From NCBI GenBank assembly GCA_963665295.1, contig OY762209.1, forward strand, positions 2,272,001 through 2,336,000: a DNA stretch of 64,000 bases, written 5' to 3'. A program made the position numbers and the translations under genes. The notes under the pieces are model-generated. The model saw only the letters and a program-made list of their open reading frames with translations, did not search any database and was not told where the DNA came from. This document shows, piece after piece, positions 1 to 8,085 of this stretch; positions within the stretch are counted from its first letter, which is position 1, and the number at the start of each line of letters is the position of its first letter. Origin of the DNA: Syntrophorhabdaceae bacterium (lineage in GTDB: Bacteria > Desulfobacterota > Syntrophorhabdia > Syntrophorhabdales > Syntrophorhabdaceae).

Positions 1-587
1 CCCGGTGGTCTGTATGGATGAAACCCCAAGACAACTGATCAAAGAAACGCGTACCCCGATTCCCCGCGCTCCGGGACGGCTCGAGCGTCACGACTACGAA
101 TACGAGCGATGTGGCGTCTGTACCGTATTTATGGCCAACGAACCATTGGCGGGCACGCGCCTGACCAAGGTATCGGAAAGGAGAACGAAGCGCGACTGGG
201 CGGAGTTCATCCGGGAACTTTCAGGACGGTATGGAAAGGCCAAAAGGATCACCCTTGTCATGGATAACCTGAACACCCATAAACCCGGCTCTCTTTATGA
301 AGCCTTTTCTCCCGAAGAGGCCAAACGCATCTGGGACCGCTTTGAATTCGTCTATACTCCCAAACATGGAAGCTGGCTCAATATGGCGGAGATTGAGCTT
401 AACGTGCTCATTCATCAATGCCTGAGTCGCCGGATCGACACTCTCGCCGAGGTCCACTCCGCCGTGTCTGCCTGGCAGGCCCATCGCGACAATCTCAACG
501 CAAAGGTGAACTGGCAATTTACTACTAAGGATGCGCGGGTGAAACTTAGGCGACTTTATCCGACATTAGATGAGTGACGTGACACTA
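1..587 (+). mobile_element. IS630-family element, right end
   Basis: The transposase stop is followed within ~10 bp by GTGACACTAG. CTAG at 585-588 fits the TA target of IS630. Confidence 0.75.
5..577 (+). CDS. IS630-family transposase, C-terminal DDE part (5' end outside window)
   Basis: Motifs CMDE, YEYERCG, LVMDNLNTH and YTPKHGSWLNMAEIE are typical of IS630/DDE_3 transposases. Confidence 0.93.
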   Translation: MVCMDETPRQLIKETRTPIPRAPGRLERHDYEYERCGVCTVFMANEPLAGTRLTKVSERRTKRDWAEFIRELSGRYGKAKRITLVMDNLNTHKPGSLYEAFSPEEAKRIWDRFEFVYTPKHGSWLNMAEIELNVLIHQCLSRRIDTLAEVHSAVSAWQAHRDNLNAKVNWQFTTKDARVKLRRLYPTLDE

Positions 588-912
588 GTCACAGATGTTC
601 CGAGATAAGGATGGGAATACGTTCATTTTCCGGAGAGCGGATAAGGGGGCTGCCATGGGAAGCATAGATGAATGGGTACACAAACTGGACGCTCTGGCAG
701 AAAAGGGCAAAGAGTTCAGATACGGCATTCATACCGCCTCTGGCGAACTACTTTCGAGCATCTACTCGTGGTCAGGAATCAGAACCGTGCAGTTGGAGAG
801 ATATTTCGAGGAGTCGGCCCCGGATGAACAGCATTTTCAAAGGATGTTGGAGCTTGCATGGCCTGTGAAAAGCGGAACGTGTCAATGAAAATGAGACACT
901 TCCATCAGATAT

Positions 913-1911
913 TTAGTGTACCCCGCCATCGCTCGTTGATAATGGCTTATTGATCCAGACGGCGTCAGGCAGTGACGCCGGTTTCGGCATCCTCCCCTTG
1001 AACCGTTCCGGATGTTTTTCATACGCAGCCCGCAGTACGTCCGTACGACCTTCAATGATCCTCAACGCTCTTCCATAATGGACGTCCTCGGGGGTGAGAA
1101 GACCTATCCCCGAATGGTAATGCTCGGTATTGTACCAGGGGAAGAATGTCTGGCAAAAGGCCCGGGCATCCTCAATGGAGCCGAACCTTTGAGGGAACTC
1201 GGGCCGGTACTTCATGGTCTTGAACTGAGATTCGGAATAGGGGTTGTCATTACTGACCGAAGGCCTCGAATGGCTCTTGGTGACCCCGAGATCGGCCATG
1301 AGCAGGGCGACGGGTTTCGACGTCATACTCGACCCCCTGTCCGCATGGATCAGGAGCTTACCGGGCTCTATCATTTGCTTCTCGCAGGTCTCCGCGATCA
1401 GTTTGCGAGCAAGGGCGGCAAGTTCCCTGTGGGCCACCATCCACCCCACCACATAGCGGCTGTAGATGTCGAGGATCACATAGAGGTAGTAGTAGGTCCA
1501 TTTTACGGAACCCTTGAGCTTCGTGATATCCCAGCTCCACGCCTCGTTGGGCGCCTTCGCGAGGATCTCCGGTTTTGCGTACCGGGGACGGGAGACCTGC
1601 CTCCTCCTTTCTTTCAGCTCACCTTCTTCTTCAAGGATCCGGTACATGGTGCGCACTGAACAGAGATAGCTCTTCTCGTCCAGGAGGGCCGCGTAGATTT
1701 CCCGGGGTGCTTTATCGATGAAGCGGTCCGAATGAAGGATATCAAGTACATCGTTCCGTTCCCCGAAGGAGAGGGCCAAGGGAGAGAGACGGTTCAAAGG
1801 TTCCTTCTCTTTCGGATGCTGCCACCGGTAAAAGCCCGCACGGGATACGTCGAGGGCGTTGCAGGCAGGGCGGATACCCACTTCATGGGCAAGCGATTGC
1901 GTGATGTTCAT
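913..1911 (-). CDS. IS3-family transposase OrfB (rve integrase core)
   Basis: Motifs WSWDITKL, ILDIYSRYVVGW, HADRGSSM, SNDNPYSESQFKTMKY. Confidence 0.93.
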   Translation of the reverse strand: MNITQSLAHEVGIRPACNALDVSRAGFYRWQHPKEKEPLNRLSPLALSFGERNDVLDILHSDRFIDKAPREIYAALLDEKSYLCSVRTMYRILEEEGELKERRRQVSRPRYAKPEILAKAPNEAWSWDITKLKGSVKWTYYYLYVILDIYSRYVVGWMVAHRELAALARKLIAETCEKQMIEPGKLLIHADRGSSMTSKPVALLMADLGVTKSHSRPSVSNDNPYSESQFKTMKYRPEFPQRFGSIEDARAFCQTFFPWYNTEHYHSGIGLLTPEDVHYGRALRIIEGRTDVLRAAYEKHPERFKGRMPKPASLPDAVWINKPLSTSDGGVH

Positions 1912-2305
1912 GACTTCTCCTCGCTCGACCCCTTGAGCAGCTCGGCCACTTTTTTTGGACCTCGATAATGAGCTCCGCCTGTTTCAGTTTATGGGTGAGC
2001 CTCGTGTTCTCCTTTTCCAGTTCGATGGTGCGACGGATAAGGGGATCAGGCTTTTGTGTGACGGGTCCTCTCTTTTTCGGGATGAGGCCCTGGTGAACCT
2101 GACGCCGCCATGAGGTGAGGCTCGATGAATAAAGTCCCTCTCTGCGCAGAAGCGCCCCTATCTCACCCTTCCCGGTACAGTTCTCCACCTCCTTGAGGAT
2201 ACGGAGCTTGTACGCCGCGGTGAATTTCCGGCGAACTGCCTTTTCCGGTACTTCCGGATCGGGGACTACCCTTGGTGATGCCATGACTGATTTCTTTTCT
2301 TCCAC
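1883..2305 (-). CDS. IS3-family transposase OrfA (HTH)
   Basis: RRKFTAAYKLRIL...GALLRREGLYSS HTH signature. Overlaps orfB; an A-rich stretch near 1950 may be a frameshift site. Confidence 0.88.
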   Translation of the reverse strand: MEEKKSVMASPRVVPDPEVPEKAVRRKFTAAYKLRILKEVENCTGKGEIGALLRREGLYSSSLTSWRRQVHQGLIPKKRGPVTQKPDPLIRRTIELEKENTRLTHKLKQAELIIEVQKKWPSCSRGRARRSHEHHAIACP

Positions 2306-2832
2306 GATCGTTCTTTCCTTCCCGCCCCCAAGAGTCTAAACTATTGGGTGGGAAGTGTCTCACTTATATTGGCACGGAGGGCGGAATACGATCTTCTCCG
2401 CCAGAAACCGGCATCAGTTTCACTGCAAAGGCGGAATGAAATATGGGAACAGGCCATGGGGGACATAAGGGAAATCGTTAGAGTTCGAGTCTCGCAACTG
2501 GTTGAGTGAAAGCAGCGCTGGGCGTCCTTTCTCATTTTGAACTGGTCATTCTGCCTGTCTTACCGTATAACGCTTCCTGCGCGAAAGCGGTAATTCCCAT
2601 CGGAAAGCAGTGTTGTCCTTTTTTCCTGAAAGCGATGAACGATCATTCTGAAGAGAGCGTTCTCCTCCATGTGGCGATCGGACACTGCCCGGTACCCCCA
2701 CCTTGGAATTTGCGATTGACAGTGGTAACCTATTCTGGTAACATCCGCTTAAGAACACGTTAGGCGATAGAAATAAGACGCAGCTTCGGTCAACAATGGA
2801 AGCCTGAGTTGAATAATGGTCAAGGCAGATGT

Positions 2833-3831
2833 ATGCGTTATTTCGGGTCAAAAGCATCTACGGTAGAGAAAGTTTATGAGCTTATCTCGCGCCGAGTACC
2901 GTCTGGATCATTCTGTGATCCATTTGGTGGCATTGGAGTGGTCGGGTCTTTCTTCAAGAACAAAGGCTACAGCGTCTGGACTGGTGATGCTCTGAGTTTT
3001 GCCTACTATTTCCAAATTGCGCGGATAGAAACCAACGTAATGCCACGCTTCGAGGGTGTCGTTAAAGCCCTGGCGCTGCGAACGCCCAGTGAAATAGCTG
3101 ACCGACTAAATTCCGCGAATCTCTCAGACGGATGGTTCGTGACTGAGTATGCAGAAAAACGACAATTTTTTACCAAAGACAACGCAAGACGCATATACGC
3201 GTGTATGACGTTAATACGTGATTGGGCTCAGGCTGGCAGCCTCAACAAAAAGGAGCATGCAATTCTATTGGCTTCGTTAATCGACAGCATCGATAGAGTC
3301 GCGAATACCGCGGGAACCTATTATGCGTATTTGAAGACGTGGCATGAAAAGGCACTGAGACCATTTCATTTTAGGTTACTTACTCATATCGTAGGGAATG
3401 AAGATTGTCACTGCTTTCTTGGAGATGCCAAGCGTCTTCTGAGCCAGCGGGCCTTTGACATAGTCTATCTTGATCCGCCATACAACGAGCGTTGTTATTC
3501 AAGATACTATCACCTACCAGAGGCAATAGCACGCGATGAGGTATCCGAGGCTCACGGGAAATCGGGAATCATGGAAGGAGAGAAACATGTTTCGGATTTC
3601 AACAAGCATTCGAAGGCTATGGATGCACTAAGGGAGACTCTCCGCAACGCCAGTTTTCGCCTTTTAGTATTTCATTACTCAGACGATGGCCTTATCAACC
3701 CAAGCGATATAAGAGGCATCCTTGGTTCCCGTGGAGAAATTGATGAGTATGTCATAGGTGGTAAAGGTTATACCACGAGACGCGGGCATAGGACTGTAAC
3801 CCACCGCCTTTACCTTGTCAGTAATGAGTAA
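2833..3831 (+). CDS. DNA adenine methyltransferase, D12/alpha class (FokI/NlaIII-like)
   Basis: N-terminal MRYFGSK, motif I FCDPFGGIGVVG, VANTAGTYYAYLK, motif IV VYLDPPYN...YSRYYH. ATG 2833 preferred over TTG 2809. Confidence 0.9.
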   Translation: MRYFGSKASTVEKVYELISRRVPSGSFCDPFGGIGVVGSFFKNKGYSVWTGDALSFAYYFQIARIETNVMPRFEGVVKALALRTPSEIADRLNSANLSDGWFVTEYAEKRQFFTKDNARRIYACMTLIRDWAQAGSLNKKEHAILLASLIDSIDRVANTAGTYYAYLKTWHEKALRPFHFRLLTHIVGNEDCHCFLGDAKRLLSQRAFDIVYLDPPYNERCYSRYYHLPEAIARDEVSEAHGKSGIMEGEKHVSDFNKHSKAMDALRETLRNASFRLLVFHYSDDGLINPSDIRGILGSRGEIDEYVIGGKGYTTRRGHRTVTHRLYLVSNE

Positions 3832-4765
3832 ATTTTTGCCCAGCTGGGACACGGATGATGTCAATACTTTGGTTGATTTCTCCAGGATTGAATTAATCGT
3901 GGCAGACTTAGATGGAACCTTGCTTTCTCCAGGTCAAATGGCGTTATACGAAACGATAAGGAGCCTTAACAGGAGTCTTGGATCCTATGGCGTTGCCTTA
4001 ACTCTGGCGACTGGCCGGAGCCTCTCTGGGGTGCATAACCTGCTCAGTACGCTATCGCTTCGGAAGGGCGTCCCTATAATCCTATATAATGGCAGTCTTG
4101 TGGTGAGGAACAAGACATTCGAAATATTGAGCCGAAAAACCATAGAAACTAACATCTTGCAGGCAATAGTTAATCTTTCCAGCGAATTGGGTGTGCCAGC
4201 GCTTGCGTACTTCTATACCGGCCCAACCAATCAACTGGCCTCATCATCTGATAACATCGAGTATGTGTTAGGCTGGGCAGAGGGAGGCCATGTTAGTCAT
4301 GAGTTTAATGGAATGCGGGTGGACTGGCAGGGTGGGCACAAAATCACCGAGAAAGCTAATCCTTCTGCCATACTGATTGACATTTCAACCAAAGGCGATT
4401 GTGCTCTTGCCATTCTGAGGCGCCTGCAAAAGGTCGTGGGTATTTCTGTTACTCATAGCGGCCAATCTTACCTGGAGATTAGGCCGGCGGATAGCAACAA
4501 AGGCGTGGCACTTGAAATGGCGGCGAGACTCTCTAGGATTGATCGATATAATATTCTGGCGATTGGGGACAACGATAATGATTTGGAAATGCTGAAGTGG
4601 GCTGGTATAGGGGTTGCCGTTGCTGGTTCTTCACCAAATGCTTTGCTCAGTGCAGATTATGTTAGCCGGCATGGGGTGATAGAAGGCGCAATAGAGGTTC
4701 TGCGTGTGGTAAGAAATGCACGACGATACTTCAGGCACATCGCAAAGGAGAGAAACAGTGAGTGA
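3824..4765 (+). CDS. Cof-type HAD-IIB phosphatase
   Basis: Motifs DLDGTLL, LATGR, ILYNG, YLEI...NKG, AIGDNDNDLEML. ATG overlaps the upstream stop (ATGAGTAA). Confidence 0.92.
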   Translation: MSKFLPSWDTDDVNTLVDFSRIELIVADLDGTLLSPGQMALYETIRSLNRSLGSYGVALTLATGRSLSGVHNLLSTLSLRKGVPIILYNGSLVVRNKTFEILSRKTIETNILQAIVNLSSELGVPALAYFYTGPTNQLASSSDNIEYVLGWAEGGHVSHEFNGMRVDWQGGHKITEKANPSAILIDISTKGDCALAILRRLQKVVGISVTHSGQSYLEIRPADSNKGVALEMAARLSRIDRYNILAIGDNDNDLEMLKWAGIGVAVAGSSPNALLSADYVSRHGVIEGAIEVLRVVRNARRYFRHIAKERNSE

Positions 4766-7322
4766 GATTGAACGCTGGGTTAAAGAACTGGAATCCTTCA
4801 AGGACAAATCCGAAAAATACTTCATGACGCAAGCAGAATTCGAAGCTGGATTAGATAGCGTTACTGGATTAGCCGATAGTCCGGTAGATGCCGTTCAGTA
4901 CCATATTGTCGGAAGTGCACCTTTTAACGCTATAGACATAGGTAGGCCAGGCACAGGGGATGCGATGTATGTCGATACAGTTACTATGGCTGATCCCCGC
5001 GGCTCGACATGCAAAACGTCGATTTGGACAAAACGAAATGCAGGAGTTGCGATTCATGCGTCCGCAGCCCTCGCTAAGGATTCTCTTGGCAAGCTAATAA
5101 AGGGGTATTGGAAGCCAGATCTGTTGGACAATAAAGCAAAATTACCTTCGCTCTTGATACCTAGGGCAACGCAAGTACTCGAAGATACAATACTGGACTT
5201 TGCAAAGACACGTGAAAGGACATTTCTTTTCTTTTGTGATCTAGACAAATTTAAATTGGTTAACGACACCTATGGAGAAAATGTGGGTGATCGTGTCATT
5301 TTGGAATTTGCATCAATTATCGAGAGAACTGTGATTCCCAATGCTGTAGCGCTTCACAGAAGCGGTGATGAGTTCATCGTATTTTGCCCCACAGACACTG
5401 TCGAAAGCGCGCTTTTTGTCGCCCACAAGATTATGAGAGAAGTGCGACAATACGACTTTCAAATCGGCAATTTGACAACAGATGTGTCCATTGGCATTAA
5501 AATAGTCGACCGTGAAACTCCTTGGAAGTCGTATAAGGATTTAGAGGATATGGCCGAAAAGGCATTGAAACCTAGCGGTCAAGGAAAGAGGCGTGGTATG
5601 GCCAGGTTTGCTGATGAGGTTGACCAAGTTGGCCTCCCGCTCACGAATGATTTATCTAAGTCGCTAGCCGTTTGTGTCGTGAAAAGCGGCATGGGCGCAG
5701 ATAACCCATTTGTGAGCCCTTGGCTGAACATGATATCGGAGCATGTGGAAATTTCAATCCAGGAAAGCTTCCCGAATATCTCCGGCATAAAAGAAGAGGT
5801 CGATACGATTGTAGACTGGATTAAGCCAAGTGTAGCAGTGGACACATTGCATGCAGGTACCCTTGGAAGCGAAGCGTCCTTGAAACCGTATTTTTCTCCA
5901 ATTGATATGGCGTTGGCAACAGCCCACGGAGTTTTTCGGGCGAGCCTGATGTCGGGCAATCAATCATTTAAAGACAAGAGCCTCAAGATATATTTTGATA
6001 GCAGTCAAGGCGCCTGTCAGTTGTGCCTGTGTCCGGATGGTGAAGTAATTATGCAATTTGGGACCGAGCCGTCCAGCTGGCCAGATACCATCGATTTAGG
6101 CGGATTTTTTCGGTCGTATGACGATAAACCCCGAAAAGCAATGGACTCTCGGGCAGCGCTTTTGGTGAAGATAGGGCATTCCAAGTTGGAATTGCCTGTC
6201 GCCATATTTGGAGAGATTATCGTTGTCGATGATCGTCCTACGCAGGGGGGCGGGTTGCCTGATTTTTGGGAAGCCACCATCGCCAGATTGGTTGCCCGCG
6301 TAGAATCCAATGCCAATATAATGGCGGTTTATATACTTGGAGAACATAAGTATGCCGCACAAACGATCGGACTGCTAAGAGATGTCGGGAACTGGGCTGA
6401 GAAAGCTGAGAGTATTGCGTCTAAGACGGGTATGTCCATTCATAGTATTTCTACCGCAGCCAGTCGTCTTAGCGGGAAGATTGTCTTTCCAGAAGACATT
6501 CGCCATCTATGCAATAATCTGATGAGCGTTCTTCTCGGTCGGCGTCTGCTTTATGATGTCATGTTGCCTGTTTTTTCGACAGAGAAATATCGAACCCTCC
6601 ACAGAGAACTGCTCATGGAAGGCATTGCCTTGTTAAGGGAGGACGGGTGTCGTGTGAAGACTATCGCGGAAGCATATCCCGTGGTCCTTGAAATCGCTCG
6701 CAAGGCGTCCCACAAGGCAAGGATCAAAGATCAAGCAGGGATGGAATTAAAAGAGCTTGTGGATTTCAAGGTTCTTCTGACCAACCCAAATCAGGATCTC
6801 GTCCCGTTGTTCTATCAGGAAGAGAAAGATTCTCTAGAGGGGTACTTCACGAGAGAATTTCAAACTGATACTGGTCTTTTCTTGAGTAAATTTAAAGAAG
6901 GAGGACAACTCGATGCGGTATTGACCCATCTTTCTACGCATATTCGTGACTTAAACCATCAGTTTGCCACTCGCAGGGGCATCTTGGTGGTTCCGCATGA
7001 TGTGGAAGAAGGGCATGACATTAGACCTCTGGGATTGATATCTATTCGTATTTTTCCAAGGTTTATGGATAACCGCGTACTCCTATATTACAGTTACACT
7101 TGGCGAACAGTAGAAGCCTTGGTTGGTTTCCCGTATAGCGTTTACGGATCAGTCAGGTTTAGTCAATACCTAACCGAAGAGGTTAAAAGGCGCTTACCCA
7201 GAGAACAGTCTAGACGGATTGAGATGGGGGAAGTGTCATACATAGCTCACAGTTTACATATATTCATGGATGATTATGGCGAAAACATTGCTCGCAGGAT
7301 TGTCGACGATGCCAGTCTCTGA
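4758..7322 (+). CDS. GGDEF (SGDEF) domain fused to a C-terminal thymidylate-synthase-like domain
   Basis: CDLDKFKLVNDTYGENVGD...RSGDEF at ~5230-5375. The C-terminus has KTIAEAY, KELVDFKV..TNP, TRRGILV, WRTVEALVGFPYS and GEVSYIAHSLHIF, in the motif order of the thymidylate synthase fold. GTG start with AGGAG, overlapping the HAD stop. Confidence 0.82.
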   Translation: MSEIERWVKELESFKDKSEKYFMTQAEFEAGLDSVTGLADSPVDAVQYHIVGSAPFNAIDIGRPGTGDAMYVDTVTMADPRGSTCKTSIWTKRNAGVAIHASAALAKDSLGKLIKGYWKPDLLDNKAKLPSLLIPRATQVLEDTILDFAKTRERTFLFFCDLDKFKLVNDTYGENVGDRVILEFASIIERTVIPNAVALHRSGDEFIVFCPTDTVESALFVAHKIMREVRQYDFQIGNLTTDVSIGIKIVDRETPWKSYKDLEDMAEKALKPSGQGKRRGMARFADEVDQVGLPLTNDLSKSLAVCVVKSGMGADNPFVSPWLNMISEHVEISIQESFPNISGIKEEVDTIVDWIKPSVAVDTLHAGTLGSEASLKPYFSPIDMALATAHGVFRASLMSGNQSFKDKSLKIYFDSSQGACQLCLCPDGEVIMQFGTEPSSWPDTIDLGGFFRSYDDKPRKAMDSRAALLVKIGHSKLELPVAIFGEIIVVDDRPTQGGGLPDFWEATIARLVARVESNANIMAVYILGEHKYAAQTIGLLRDVGNWAEKAESIASKTGMSIHSISTAASRLSGKIVFPEDIRHLCNNLMSVLLGRRLLYDVMLPVFSTEKYRTLHRELLMEGIALLREDGCRVKTIAEAYPVVLEIARKASHKARIKDQAGMELKELVDFKVLLTNPNQDLVPLFYQEEKDSLEGYFTREFQTDTGLFLSKFKEGGQLDAVLTHLSTHIRDLNHQFATRRGILVVPHDVEEGHDIRPLGLISIRIFPRFMDNRVLLYYSYTWRTVEALVGFPYSVYGSVRFSQYLTEEVKRRLPREQSRRIEMGEVSYIAHSLHIFMDDYGENIARRIVDDASL

Positions 7323-8085
7323 ATTTAGCACATGCATTCTGGTGTGCGATAGAGCGGATTTTGAGTTCTTCGTCTCAAATTCTCTATGTGATGATCGTCC
7401 CTCCGAAGCCAACGGATTATATCTGATTCCGGTTGCGACTGGAATAGAGGAGCTAGAGGCGATACTGAATGCCGTGCCGCAAAGACACGTTCGGCGTTAT
7501 TTGGACCGGTTTTACCTGTGGGGTCATGATAATTCCCCCGATGCTTGGCAACGGATGGTTGATAAATTTTTTGAGCTTATCGCTTATAAATATGAGATAT
7601 TTATTGACGTAGAGCGCAACAGGGAGAACATACGTAATCTATTGCGGTTCTTTCATCAGTTAAGCTACCGAACTCAGCGAGAAGAAATAATTGATTATGG
7701 ATGTGGGACGGGTCTCTCTTTGACGGTCGCAGATGGAGTGAAAAGTAAACTCATTGGGGTGGATAGAAGCCCAGCAATGCGCCATATTGCCCGCAGCAAG
7801 GGAATGACTGTCTGGAGTTTCCGCACGTTGGAGAGCAAGCCCCATAATTCTCTGGCGGGGGCCTTCGCGTCCTATGTTCTGCACCTGTCACCGAGTTTGG
7901 ATGGGATCGGTTTACTTTGGGACCGGATCGAAAAAGGAGGCGTCTTAGTTGCCAATTTCCATAAGAATCAGGGCGTAGAGTGGGTGACTGAGTATCTGCG
8001 ACGTAAGAGGTGTCTATTCGAGAACATTGAACCACCGATAGGTTCTGAGAGGCATGGAGTATACATCGCGTATGTTAAGTCGTAA
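7309..8085 (+). CDS. Class I SAM-dependent methyltransferase
   Basis: IIDYGCGTG motif I, GVDRSPAM, ASYVLH. ATG 7309 overlaps the upstream stop by 14 bp. Confidence 0.85.
   Translation: MPVSEFSTCILVCDRADFEFFVSNSLCDDRPSEANGLYLIPVATGIEELEAILNAVPQRHVRRYLDRFYLWGHDNSPDAWQRMVDKFFELIAYKYEIFIDVERNRENIRNLLRFFHQLSYRTQREEIIDYGCGTGLSLTVADGVKSKLIGVDRSPAMRHIARSKGMTVWSFRTLESKPHNSLAGAFASYVLHLSPSLDGIGLLWDRIEKGGVLVANFHKNQGVEWVTEYLRRKRCLFENIEPPIGSERHGVYIAYVKS

Larger units (their letters stand above)
880..2374 (-). mobile_element. IS3-family insertion sequence
   Basis: Terminal inverted repeats TGTCAATGAAAATGAGACACTTCC (880) and GGAAGTGTCTCACTTATATTGGCA (ends 2374) enclose overlapping orfA/orfB. No clear target duplication. 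Confidence 0.9.
595..2509 (+). pseudogene. Hypothetical gene split by the IS3 insertion (fragments 595-879 and 2375-2509)
   Basis: The ORF at 595 runs into the IS3 terminus at 880. An open frame (RRAEYDLLRQKP...SQLVE*) resumes directly after the other terminus at 2375 and stops at 2509. Confidence 0.5.
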
